A stretch of 64,000 nt of DNA, taken from positions 1-64,000 of the forward strand of contig JBFMAF010000033.1 of NCBI GenBank assembly GCA_040755995.1, read 5' to 3'. The first letter of the stretch is position 1, and each line of letters begins with the position of its first letter. The position numbers and the translations under genes are program-made. The notes under the pieces are model-generated. The model worked only from the letters and a program-made list of their open reading frames with translations, was not told the origin of the DNA and did not search any database. Of the stretch, positions 55,507 to 64,000 are shown piece after piece. This DNA comes from Acidobacteriota bacterium. Lineage in GTDB: Bacteria > Acidobacteriota > CAIWXX01.

Positions 55507-56439
55507 ATGGGATGCCGGGGAATTCCGCGATGGTTGAGATTGAGCGGGGTTGTTTTCGTGTCGCTCTTGGCGGGTGGGGCCGGACATGTTCAGGCGGGCA
55601 ATCCCAAGGTGCTGGATACTTGTCCTTACCCGCGGGTGGCGATACTGGTGTTCCGGATGGGAAACCCGGATGGCTACCTCCGGGATATCGCGTCGTCTGT
55701 GGACTACCGCAATCGTGTTCCCTCTGACAAACAGGATGTGTGCATCGAAGATGAGAAGCGTCTGAAAGAAGCCTTTCCGGACTATCCCAAGCAGAGCCGC
55801 AGCCGGCTGCCGAAGACAGAGACCGAATTCTACGGCAACGTCACGGCCCCGCTGACGGGTGTGCTGAGGTCGGTGCTGGAGGAAAAGGGGAAGGCTGTCA
55901 TCATCGCGAGCGAGGCGGCGGCGGGCTGGCCCCAGCAGCCGGCCGAGATGTCCATGCAAGACATCCTGAGGAATCTACAGGGAAAGGCGGATGCGCTGCT
56001 CGTCGCGCACTACCTCGATGCCGGGAACAAGTACTGGGACACCGTCAACGCGGCACGGACCGACAAGGGGTTTTCCTTGTTGTCGGTCAAACTGGCTCTT
56101 TTCAACGTGACGACCGGTCAAATTGCGGCAAGACAAGAGATCGGCTTCAATCCCATGGCCATAATTGCGGTAGATCCGTCTATCACCGACGACCCCGCGC
56201 TCAAGGGCAAGATCCGCGTCCAGGAAAAGGCGGACAAGAACGCCGTCTTCGACCAGGGGTTTCTCATCAAGGAAAGGCGGGGTCTTTTCGCCAGCGAGTA
56301 CACGCTGACGGGGCTGGGTTTTACTCGAGCGGAAGTCGAGGAGTACGCGCTACGCCACTTCCGGAACGGATACGCCGGCCCGTCAAAGATGCATCACTTC
56401 GCCGGAGTGGCATCCGTGATCCAATGCGGAGGGAAGTAG
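55507..56439 (+). CDS. Secreted hypothetical protein
   Basis: GGAGG RBS before ATG 55507; signal peptide ending VQA. Confidence 0.65.
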   Translation: MGCRGIPRWLRLSGVVFVSLLAGGAGHVQAGNPKVLDTCPYPRVAILVFRMGNPDGYLRDIASSVDYRNRVPSDKQDVCIEDEKRLKEAFPDYPKQSRSRLPKTETEFYGNVTAPLTGVLRSVLEEKGKAVIIASEAAAGWPQQPAEMSMQDILRNLQGKADALLVAHYLDAGNKYWDTVNAARTDKGFSLLSVKLALFNVTTGQIAARQEIGFNPMAIIAVDPSITDDPALKGKIRVQEKADKNAVFDQGFLIKERRGLFASEYTLTGLGFTRAEVEEYALRHFRNGYAGPSKMHHFAGVASVIQCGGK

Positions 56440-56518
56440 TGCCTGGACGGCCCGCGTCTGCGGCGGGCCGACGAGAGCAGAATCCACCATTACGCTCACG
56501 AGCCGCGATCGAGGCAGC

Positions 56519-57181
56519 ATGCGAATCGGGATCATCGCTGACGTGCATGGGGATGCGTCCGCACTTCGCGACGCCCTCGCGCAGCTCCATCGGCTCAGCT
56601 GCGACTTTCTTGTCTGCGCCGGCGATCTGCTCGACTACGGGCGCGACCCCGACGAGGCGGTTGCGCTGATTCGAGAGTCCAGGTTTCCGTGCGTGCGTGG
56701 AAACCACGACTACTGGGCCGTTGAAGACCAGCAGCTCTTCGCGCCCGAGACCCTGGCGTATCTCAGCGCGCTGCCGCCAGCCTGGAACACGATCGTCGAC
56801 GGAGTGCTGATCGCAGTGAGGCACGGGTCTGCGAAGGACTGCATGGATGGCATCTACCCCAACCAGGAGGACGCCGGCGATCTCCGCGAGGACCTCGCGC
56901 GCGCGGACGCCGACGTCCTGATCGTCGGCCACACGCATCTGCTCTTCTCGATCGAAGGCCCTGCCGGACTGATCGTCAATCCCGGCGCACTCCTGCGGGA
57001 TGCGTCGCCCGTGGGCTACAACACGACGGTGCTCTACGATCACACCCAGCGCAAGATGGTCCGCACCCCGTGCCGAGGGGCCGGCGGGACGTTCGGGGTT
57101 CTGGAGCTGCCGTCGAAGCGGTTCACGGTCCATCTGGCCTCGGACGGCTCGGAGGTCGAGATCATCCGGAAAGTGCTATAG
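56519..57181 (+). CDS. Calcineurin-like metallophosphoesterase (YfcE-like)
   Basis: ADVHG, AGD, RGNHD, HGS, GHTH, NPG. Confidence 0.9.
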   Translation: MRIGIIADVHGDASALRDALAQLHRLSCDFLVCAGDLLDYGRDPDEAVALIRESRFPCVRGNHDYWAVEDQQLFAPETLAYLSALPPAWNTIVDGVLIAVRHGSAKDCMDGIYPNQEDAGDLREDLARADADVLIVGHTHLLFSIEGPAGLIVNPGALLRDASPVGYNTTVLYDHTQRKMVRTPCRGAGGTFGVLELPSKRFTVHLASDGSEVEIIRKVL

Positions 57182-57220
57182 CCCTCGTCCTCCCCGGCGT
57201 CAGACGGCCCGCGACTTCGC

Positions 57221-57982
57221 TCAGCCGTTGGACCGGTGAGAGGCACGGGCCGTGGCCGCACAGATCTGCGTCTCGCGTCGCACCGCGTGTGCGAAGGGCG
57301 CGAAGCTGTGCGGGCATGAGTTCTCAATCGCCTCGATTTCGGCGTGCTCAGCGATTTCGGCGAGATCGGCGGAGGTATGTGTTCGTCCGATGGCTCGATC
57401 GAGCACCCTCTTCGGGTGGTTTGAATCAGGATCTCTTTCCGCACCCCAGAACGACTCGGGAGAACCTCGATACTCCAGGGCTGGTGCAGACGGGCTTGCG
57501 ATGGCGGCCACAGCCCCTTGATCACCGAGAGCCCAGGCTTCTATCATTGGACAGGCCATCGCGACGATCGTCGTGAGAGGCTCCACCTGGCGTGTCCCTT
57601 TGTTGACTTGATTGAAGCCATTCTCTATCTGCTTCAGACAACTCTTCATGTGCCGCGTCGCGCCTTTGCTCGCGGATCGATCCGCATCTGCGACGAAGAC
57701 CAGCGCGCGACAGTCGAGTTCACTCGCCAGGGCGAGTGCCTGTGCGGCCTTGCGTCCGAGGCCCCGCGCAGGCGACCTCACGCGCGTCCTTGGGAGTTGT
57801 GCGATCTTGGCGCCCTCGAATTCGAGATCGAAAACCCCGCCGCAGAGACGCCTCAAGATCGGCTGCAGGAAGCCCTCGAGTCCCCGGCGGTACTGTGGCA
57901 CCTCCGAGAGGTCCCCGATGTCCTGCTTGCCCTCTCCGACGAGAAACACACGGCACTTCGGCCGGCGAGGCTTATCGCTCAT
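57221..57982 (-). CDS. TOPRIM-like (DUF4276/RloB-like) protein
   Basis: VGEG.QD, VADAD, MIEAWALGD, HPK, SF..F; TAATG coupling to the ATPase. Confidence 0.65.
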   Translation of the reverse strand: MSDKPRRPKCRVFLVGEGKQDIGDLSEVPQYRRGLEGFLQPILRRLCGGVFDLEFEGAKIAQLPRTRVRSPARGLGRKAAQALALASELDCRALVFVADADRSASKGATRHMKSCLKQIENGFNQVNKGTRQVEPLTTIVAMACPMIEAWALGDQGAVAAIASPSAPALEYRGSPESFWGAERDPDSNHPKRVLDRAIGRTHTSADLAEIAEHAEIEAIENSCPHSFAPFAHAVRRETQICAATARASHRSNG

Positions 57983-59133
57983 TACCGGATCAGCTTGTCC
58001 TCGCCCAGGTTGTACCACAGTTCGCCGTGGTCGAAGTGCCTCCTCAACCTCTGGAAACCGTGCGTCGAATCCAGCGGAACCACGCGAGGCTGTCCTCCGC
58101 GACCCCTTGCGACCAAGATGATGGCGTCAGGGGATTCGCAGAAGTTGACTGCAAGCGGGCTGTGCGTGGCCACGATCACCTGCGACTTGCCCGCGCGCTG
58201 TTTGACGAATGCCTGCAGCATGCCGATGAACGCACCGAGCAGATGAGGATGAAGTCCATTCTCGATCTCGTCCAAGAGCAGCACGCTTGGTGACTCCGGT
58301 TGCTCGTACATGGCCGCCACCGCGATCAGGCGCAGCAGCCCGTCGCTCACCTGCCGCGCGTTGAAGGTCGCTTTTTCGTTGTTCCACTTCTCCGTGACCT
58401 CGAGCTGGGTCCAACCATACTGTGTGCGCTTCGGGTGCAGCGCGATCAACCTGGGGTAGTGCTCGCGGACTCTGTCGATCAACCGGTCAAAGCGTTCGCG
58501 ATCTCGCTCCCGCAATCGCGCTAGGAACGGTGCCAGAAATTCCCCGTGGAGGCCGATCCCCGACGGTTCCCCCCGGCCGGGGGCACGCAGTTTCAATGGA
58601 TCGAGGAAGAAGTAACACTGGACTCCCCTGGCCCATCGTGCGACCTCGACCAGTACAGGGAAGTTCGATGCATCGCGTTCGACATCCAATGTCGACAGCC
58701 AAGAGCTGGTGAGCGTCTGCTGGATCGTCTCGACCGTGCGCTTCTGTTCGTTCCATCTCCACATGTTGCGACCGGCTCGGCCGAGGAGCTCCTGCCCCCC
58801 GACCACCTGCACACTCTCACCAGCAATACCCGCAAACCGCCTAGCGCCGAGAGCGACTCCCCACACCACGGGGCTACCAGAGAAGTCCAACTCCGCCGAG
58901 ATCGAGAGGCGAACATTGCGCGCGCGCAGGTGCGGTAGGTCGGCGTACTCCCAGGCTCGGCTCTGGAGGTACTCAGGCACAGAAGACGTGACCAGCCCGC
59001 CAAGCAGGTCGATCGCCTGAAGGATAGTCGACTTCCCCGCGCCGTTCGGTCCTATCAACATCGTGAACGGCTGGAGCGGTATCCTCGCCTTCGCGAAGGC
59101 CTTGAAGGACTCAAGCGACAGCGCCGTCAGCAT
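57982..59133 (-). CDS. AAA_21/ABC-type ATPase
   Basis: FKAF, GPNGAGKS, SDG, LLDEIENGLHP, ATHSP, GELW. Confidence 0.9.
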   Translation of the reverse strand: MLTALSLESFKAFAKARIPLQPFTMLIGPNGAGKSTILQAIDLLGGLVTSSVPEYLQSRAWEYADLPHLRARNVRLSISAELDFSGSPVVWGVALGARRFAGIAGESVQVVGGQELLGRAGRNMWRWNEQKRTVETIQQTLTSSWLSTLDVERDASNFPVLVEVARWARGVQCYFFLDPLKLRAPGRGEPSGIGLHGEFLAPFLARLRERDRERFDRLIDRVREHYPRLIALHPKRTQYGWTQLEVTEKWNNEKATFNARQVSDGLLRLIAVAAMYEQPESPSVLLLDEIENGLHPHLLGAFIGMLQAFVKQRAGKSQVIVATHSPLAVNFCESPDAIILVARGRGGQPRVVPLDSTHGFQRLRRHFDHGELWYNLGEDKLIR

Positions 59134-59708
59134 CGCGACTCGCCCATCCGTGACCCCGCAGTCCAGAATCTTCCGACTAGAATGCAACACAACCGGGGTT
59201 CATTCATCACACGCTGAGTATAACCGGGTTCGAGTAGGGAGTGTCAAGCTGGCGACAGCATTCACGGGGGCCGTCGCCAGAGAGCTGCGCTTCGCGCGGC
59301 CGAGACCGCCGACCTGCCGCCCAGACCCCACGAGACAGACTCTTCCCAGAATGCCAATTCTGAGAAGAGTTGGCTCCAGATGTAGCAAGGAGTGAGTGTC
59401 CCGCAACCCGTGAGAGGCGTGGAATGATCCTTCATCTTGTGTGTGAGCTTCTTCTCGCTGACTGCGGTCACGGCGTCACTCCTCTGCCGCACTCGAAGAC
59501 TGACGTTCTTCTCAACGTCAGAACAAGCCTGAAGGAACCCCGGACGCTGCGCGACTTCATTCTCGAGGCGATGTCCGGTTGGCTGAAGCAGAAGGGGTAC
59601 TGCAAACTAGTCGTCGGCGCGATCGGGCTAGCCCGACCGCGCCGACGGTGTTGTTCGTACCTGCTCCGTCAGCGTTTCATCGGCGTTCGCTTCACACGCG
59701 GCTCTGGC

Positions 59709-60380
59709 TCACGGAGTTGGGGGGATACAATCATACCCTCTGCAACGTGCGAAGCATCGACGGCCCTCCCCCCAACACTGGAATGAAACGTTCTTGCAGT
59801 GGCTCATGCAGCCGTAGCAGGAATCTTCCTGTGCACTACAGGAATCCTCGCACGGATCCTGCTGCACAATCGACTCCCGTCCGGTGGAGCCGTGAAGTCC
59901 CTGCTCTGTGACCCGGGTCCACACACGCTGAGCGAGAGCAGCTCGGTCCACACGCCAGATTCCATACTCCGCGGTGGCGCGCGTCGGCAACAGGACAACC
60001 TGATGCGACGTCATCTCGACGAAATTGGGAGGCAGATCCAAGGCTCGAATGCGTAGAGTGATGTCGAGAGGTCTCGAGTCAACCACTCTTAGGGACTCCT
60101 CAAGCAACCACGATAGATGCACTTCCTCTCCTCGGCGCTGGGGGAGGAACAGCAACGTCATACCTAGCCGCTCAACGGGTCCGAGGCTCGAAACCCGGAC
60201 ATTAAGGGCGTACGGCGCCTTCGATCCTAGGTCGGAATCGTCGGAGACTAACTGCGCGGACTCGATTTGACAGAGGCAGTCGCTGGCATTCACGATCCGA
60301 ACAGCCTGCTCCGCAAACATGGGTGTGGTCATTCCCAACACAAGGATAAGCAGTGTACAAGCGCATAAGACTGGCTTCAT
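59709..60380 (-). CDS. Secreted protein with Cys-rich C-terminal module
   Basis: GGAGG RBS; signal peptide; nine Cys in the last ~47 aa. Confidence 0.65.
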   Translation of the reverse strand: MKPVLCACTLLILVLGMTTPMFAEQAVRIVNASDCLCQIESAQLVSDDSDLGSKAPYALNVRVSSLGPVERLGMTLLFLPQRRGEEVHLSWLLEESLRVVDSRPLDITLRIRALDLPPNFVEMTSHQVVLLPTRATAEYGIWRVDRAALAQRVWTRVTEQGLHGSTGRESIVQQDPCEDSCSAQEDSCYGCMSHCKNVSFQCWGEGRRCFARCRGYDCIPPTP

Positions 60381-61279
60381 GAATTTCCTCCTACGAGTCT
60401 TAGCACGTCTGCCGCTGTATGTTGAGTGATTCCCGTCACACCGTCACACGTCACACCTCCTTTCTTCTTCCAGATCTTCTTCGAGTTCGTGGCGTAGGTT
60501 TGTGCATGCTCCCATGCTTCTCGATCTCGCGTACCTCCTTCGGGCACAATTGCCCTCCCCTAACTGTAGATTTGGGAAATAGGATACATCTTGCGTCGGC
60601 AGACAAAGAGATTTCTGGGGGCGTGTTGGACATCGGATTGATGGCAGCAACATCTCCCCTCATAAGAATAGGTTTCGCGAGGAGCCCAAACCTCGCCCGC
60701 CGAATGAAAAAAAGTTCGGAAAAGATTTGCAGGCGTCGCCAAACGCGTGATTCTTCACGCACGACGCGGAGAAGTCCGACCCACACGCGGACATCGGGGG
60801 ATGGCCTGCGGAAGAATCGGCGGCCGGTCGGCCGCAATGGCGCCCTCGGCTGGACACGTGGCTGCGCGAGAGGTACGGCAGTCAGCAGACTCGTCGGCTC
60901 ACCCGCGCGCGAACTCTTCCCAGAACGTCAATTCGTGGCAAAGTCGCCCGGATAAGCCCCATGAGACAACGAAAAGGGCCAACAGAATCGACAGCCCGGG
61001 CTGATGCTAGGGACTCGACTTTGGTCATTTCCGAGGATATCGCCGGCGATCGCCGCGAGGCCCCCGCAGCCGCGGCCCGCAGCATCTAGGCGACCCGGCT
61101 CTCTGATTCGTGCGGCGAGCATTCTGGCTTGATGCGGATGACCGGAGCGTCGCGGTTGCGCCAACGATCCACCGGCAAGGACCAAATGACTGGTGATGCC
61201 TGGAATGTCAGGCGTCCCGATTCGTTCACGCGCATGGGAGCGCGTCTGGATCCCCACCCAGACCCGCGGAGATAGAAGC

Positions 61280-61303
61280 GCCGGGTCGCTTGCGCGAACC
61301 GGC
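61280..61303 (-). terminator. GNRA-loop hairpin downstream of vapC
   Basis: Minus strand GCCGGTTCGC-GCAA-GCGACCCGGC. Confidence 0.35.
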
Positions 61304-61331
61304 CCTTCGGTTGTCGCTGCTATGCCTCTGT

Positions 61332-61787
61332 CTAGGTGCCGTACTTCGCCAGCGGCACAATGAACGGCAGTTGTGCGGCTAATGCAGCGAGCCGCGGATC
61401 AGCCGTTACGAGCGGCGCTTGAAGGTGTTCAGCCAGAGCCACATAGACCATGTCATAGGTGGCAGGCCAGCCGCGAGCGTGAGCGAGTTCGATTATGCGC
61501 CCGCCCCGATCCCCCACCTCATGAAGTGTGATGCGAAGTTCCTGGAACAGCTTCCACGCAGTCACAGCTTCCTCAGGACTTATCCTGACGGGATGGATCT
61601 CCGGTCTGCGAACGCGCTTGCATAGCCCGTCGAGTATCTCGGCAGCCAACAAATGCGGAGCATGAAGTTGGATTCTTCCCTTCGCATGGTCATCAAGAAG
61701 TGCGTGGGCTTGCCGCTTTTCGGATTCCTCTGGAAGGCACGATGCGAGGTAAGCACTGGCATCAAGGACAATGCCCTGGACACTCAA
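61332..61787 (-). CDS. vapC: PIN-domain toxin (VapC family)
   Basis: VLDAS, APHL..AE, YD..YVALA......LVTAD. Confidence 0.9.
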   Translation of the reverse strand: MSVQGIVLDASAYLASCLPEESEKRQAHALLDDHAKGRIQLHAPHLLAAEILDGLCKRVRRPEIHPVRISPEEAVTAWKLFQELRITLHEVGDRGGRIIELAHARGWPATYDMVYVALAEHLQAPLVTADPRLAALAAQLPFIVPLAKYGT

Positions 61788-62044
61788 GGCCGAGACTCCA
61801 AGTCCTGTCGGCTTTCTTCGTGGATCTCACGCCATGTAATGCCCCGCGCACGCCACTTCTCGCCCAGAGTACGCAAGTCGTCAACCGCGAGCTGTCGCAC
61901 CATCCGCTGGTACTCTTCTTCGGCGATGATCCGCACCGCCGGCTCGCGGTCTTTCGTAATGATAACTTGTGCACCAGCTTCGACTTCCCGGACCAATCCA
62001 GTCAGGTGGTTCTTTGCATTGGCTATAGATACTGTCTTGACCAT
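61784..62044 (-). CDS. Phd/YefM family antitoxin
   Basis: VSI..AK.HL..LV..VE.G..V.IT....P; 4-nt overlap with the toxin start. Confidence 0.9.
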   Translation of the reverse strand: MVKTVSIANAKNHLTGLVREVEAGAQVIITKDREPAVRIIAEEEYQRMVRQLAVDDLRTLGEKWRARGITWREIHEESRQDLESRP

Positions 62045-62063
62045 TAGCTGTATGTCCTAGCTA
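62045..62063 (-). promoter_or_regulatory. Possible autorepression operator of the TA operon
   Basis: TAGCT-N9-AGCTA inverted repeat directly upstream of the antitoxin ATG, next to an AT-rich -10-like region. Confidence 0.3.
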
Positions 62064-62171
62064 TGATATAATGCCATAAGCGAACTAGCAGCGCAACTTG
62101 ATTTTCCGGGACCTCGGGGCAGGAGACGTCTCCAGGCTTTCGCAAGACTCAGCAAGTCCAACTACCCCAAG

Positions 62172-62504
62172 TTGCAGCGCGAACCCACCGGATGCTTCGT
62201 TCCCATCGGCTTAGCCGACAACATGATTTACAACACCGTTAGGGTAAGCAAGAACCAGAGAATAGCGAGCACACTGGATCGCCTGATGCCACAGGCCAAG
62301 CGATTGATTGCACAGATCAATCCTACGAGCGGGCTCCTGCGTGGGTACTCCTTCTGGTGGATCGTGTACTATCAGAATTTCCTGGAAAGCGGCTCCAACC
62401 GTTACGATGTGATGGAGCTGGTGGTAGAGCGCCCCGCGTTTGATGAATTCATGGCGGCAACTACAGCATATATGAGATGGCGCAGAAGTCGACCCTACGG
62501 GTGA
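62172..62504 (+). pseudogene. Hypothetical ORF, possibly a 5'-truncated remnant
   Basis: Protein-like composition; the frame stays open upstream to a stop at 62064 without a better start. Confidence 0.3.
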
Positions 62505-62616
62505 ACAGCGAGAAATACACGCTGACTTCATACGATCCAATTGGTGAGTAGCGCGATCGGGAGGTTTGCACTTTCTGGCTCGTCGGCCGTTGGTGCAGCT
62601 CTATCCCGGCCAGTGA

Positions 62617-63717
62617 TCAATCTGTAACCGGACTCAGCCGATCGCTGTACCTATTGGAGGTGGCGAATAGTCCGGGGCAACTTGCCCTGACCACACACCC
62701 TTCGCAGAGAGGCAAGAAGGCCTTCTTCCACCCGGAAATCGAGTCTCTCGCGAACGGCCGAAGTTCCTCAGGCAGAAGGCACAGAGGCAGGTTGTAGATC
62801 GAGACACGGAGATCTCGTCTGGAGAGATGCTGGACCGCCAACTTCAACTGGGAGACGTATAGGACGGGATCGATCCATACACGTTCCACATTCAGGCGGG
62901 CGAGCCCCGTCACCTCAACTCCCATGAAGGCGACATGAATGGCGAAGGGGAAGTTCCTGTAGATGAACTCTGCGAGCTGCGGCAGCCGCTGGTAGTTCTC
63001 CCTCAACACAACCACTCTCACCTCGACCTTCTGCTTCAGAAGGGCCAGATTGTGCAGACCAGCGACCGTTTGGTTGAAACCGCCGGTCACCCCTGTGATT
63101 TCGTCATGGATGCGATCCACGTCACTGAGGAGTGAAATGCAAAGTGTGAGACGGGGGTGGTCAGTGGCCACAATTCGCCTGCAAACCTCCAGCTGATGGA
63201 ATGCGATGCCGTTAGTCAGCAAGTAGCTCTCCGCTTCGGGGAATCGCGTCTTGCAGGCATGGATCAACATGCACAGCCAATCCAATCGCAAGGTGGGCTC
63301 TCCACCGCTCAGAGCGATGCTCGCAACGGATTCGCCGGCAGCCAGGCGCAGAATCTCCAAGTTTAGATTCAGCTGATCGGGTGCGTCCCTCCTCGGTGGC
63401 TGAGGGCACATGACACACCTGCAGTTGCAGGTGTTCGTGACCAGGATGCAGTTGTGTATGGTCCCGGCTTCCCATACGACGGTAATCGGGCCGTCCGGAA
63501 GAATCAGGACCACGTCGCCGCTACGTAGCTCGGACGCGGCTGGTGTGCTGAGCTGCGCCACGCATGCCTCCGGCTCCCCCTTGTATGAAGCGTAGAACAG
63601 GCGCTCCTCGCACATGACGAGGCTCGGTTCGATGTCAGCTGTTGGACCCGACCTGGTTGTTACACGTGCCAGAAGCGGGCGTTTGAGCCCGACTGCTCTC
63701 CCGTCCAGCCGCCTCAC
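62617..63717 (-). CDS. hxsC: His-Xaa-Ser system radical SAM maturase HxsC
   Basis: GDVV.I..DG, VTNTCNCRCVMCPQPP, SGGEPT, HD.I.G..G.F..TV.GL.NL, HVAFMG.E.TG.A, SIYNLPLC, SISGWK. Confidence 0.85.
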   Translation of the reverse strand: MRRLDGRAVGLKRPLLARVTTRSGPTADIEPSLVMCEERLFYASYKGEPEACVAQLSTPAASELRSGDVVLILPDGPITVVWEAGTIHNCILVTNTCNCRCVMCPQPPRRDAPDQLNLNLEILRLAAGESVASIALSGGEPTLRLDWLCMLIHACKTRFPEAESYLLTNGIAFHQLEVCRRIVATDHPRLTLCISLLSDVDRIHDEITGVTGGFNQTVAGLHNLALLKQKVEVRVVVLRENYQRLPQLAEFIYRNFPFAIHVAFMGVEVTGLARLNVERVWIDPVLYVSQLKLAVQHLSRRDLRVSIYNLPLCLLPEELRPFARDSISGWKKAFLPLCEGCVVRASCPGLFATSNRYSDRLSPVTD

Positions 63718-64000
63718 AACTTGACCTCGGCGTAGGACCTGTTAGTCAGCCAACTCCAGAGAACATCTTGGATCTCCTCGTCTCCCGAGCGGATCAAGGA
63801 GAACAAATGGTCGAGGATTGCCATGTTCTTCTTGCAGAAATCGCTCGTGGGCCTATGCCCGACGAAGTCCCCGTGTTCGGTGTAGTATCGGACAGGGTCC
63901 GCTCCGCAGTAGAGTTGATAGGCGCACCAGGCGCAGCCCGGAAGCGTCTCGACACAGGAATTGTATGTAAGCTCGCGCACCCGTCGCCCGCCGAATATCT
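63714..64000 (-). CDS. hxsB: His-Xaa-Ser system radical SAM maturase HxsB, C-terminal part (continues beyond window)
   Basis: PGCAWCAYQLYCGADPV...GD..GHRPTSDFC SPASM-type tail; GTGA overlap with hxsC. Confidence 0.8.
   Translation of the reverse strand, partial: IFGGRRVRELTYNSCVETLPGCAWCAYQLYCGADPVRYYTEHGDFVGHRPTSDFCKKNMAILDHLFSLIRSGDEEIQDVLWSWLTNRSYAEVKL

Noticed and set aside
59200..59786. Short overlapping ORFs between the ATPase and the Cys-rich gene
   Set aside because: No RBS, motif or composition support for any frame
60937..61003. Cyclic-di-GMP-I riboswitch
   Set aside because: Some resemblance (GCAAAG...GACAGC), but the GNRA-capped first stem is not evident and no gene follows in the matching orientation
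62211..62540. Minus-strand ORF after hxsC as the HxsA precursor
   Set aside because: No His-Xaa-Ser repeats

Overview
GC-rich bacterial window, probably from a diderm anaerobe or facultative anaerobe (an Acidobacteriota-like lineage is a guess, not demonstrated). It has four main parts. (1) About 2.2-26.6 kb, mostly minus strand: a type II fatty-acid/polyketide-like lipid cluster (two ACPs, KS plus chain-length-factor-like KS, atypical FabH, FabG, FabZ, LpxL-type acyltransferase, GT2, deacetylase, DUF2062-methyltransferase, LolA, a large outer-membrane-type protein). It carries four B12-binding radical SAM enzymes and a tetraether-synthase (Tes/GDGT-MAS, MJ0619)-like radical SAM, and is interrupted near 12.36 kb by two mutually truncated genes. 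(2) About 27-35 kb: peptide-binding protein, ECF sigma/VWA/TonB module and an AAA ATPase. (3) About 35.7-45.1 kb: a RiPP-like locus with a 71-aa precursor candidate, RRE-radical SAM/SPASM, HprK-like kinase, C25, S26 and S8 peptidases and a stand-alone PqqD. (4) About 45-64 kb: secreted and hypothetical proteins, 2-oxoacid:ferredoxin oxidoreductase, and an accessory end with ATPase+TOPRIM-like pair, Phd/VapC toxin-antitoxin and the His-Xaa-Ser radical SAMs HxsC and partial HxsB. No rRNA, tRNA, CRISPR array or transposase was seen. All family calls come from reading motifs by eye; no database search was run.
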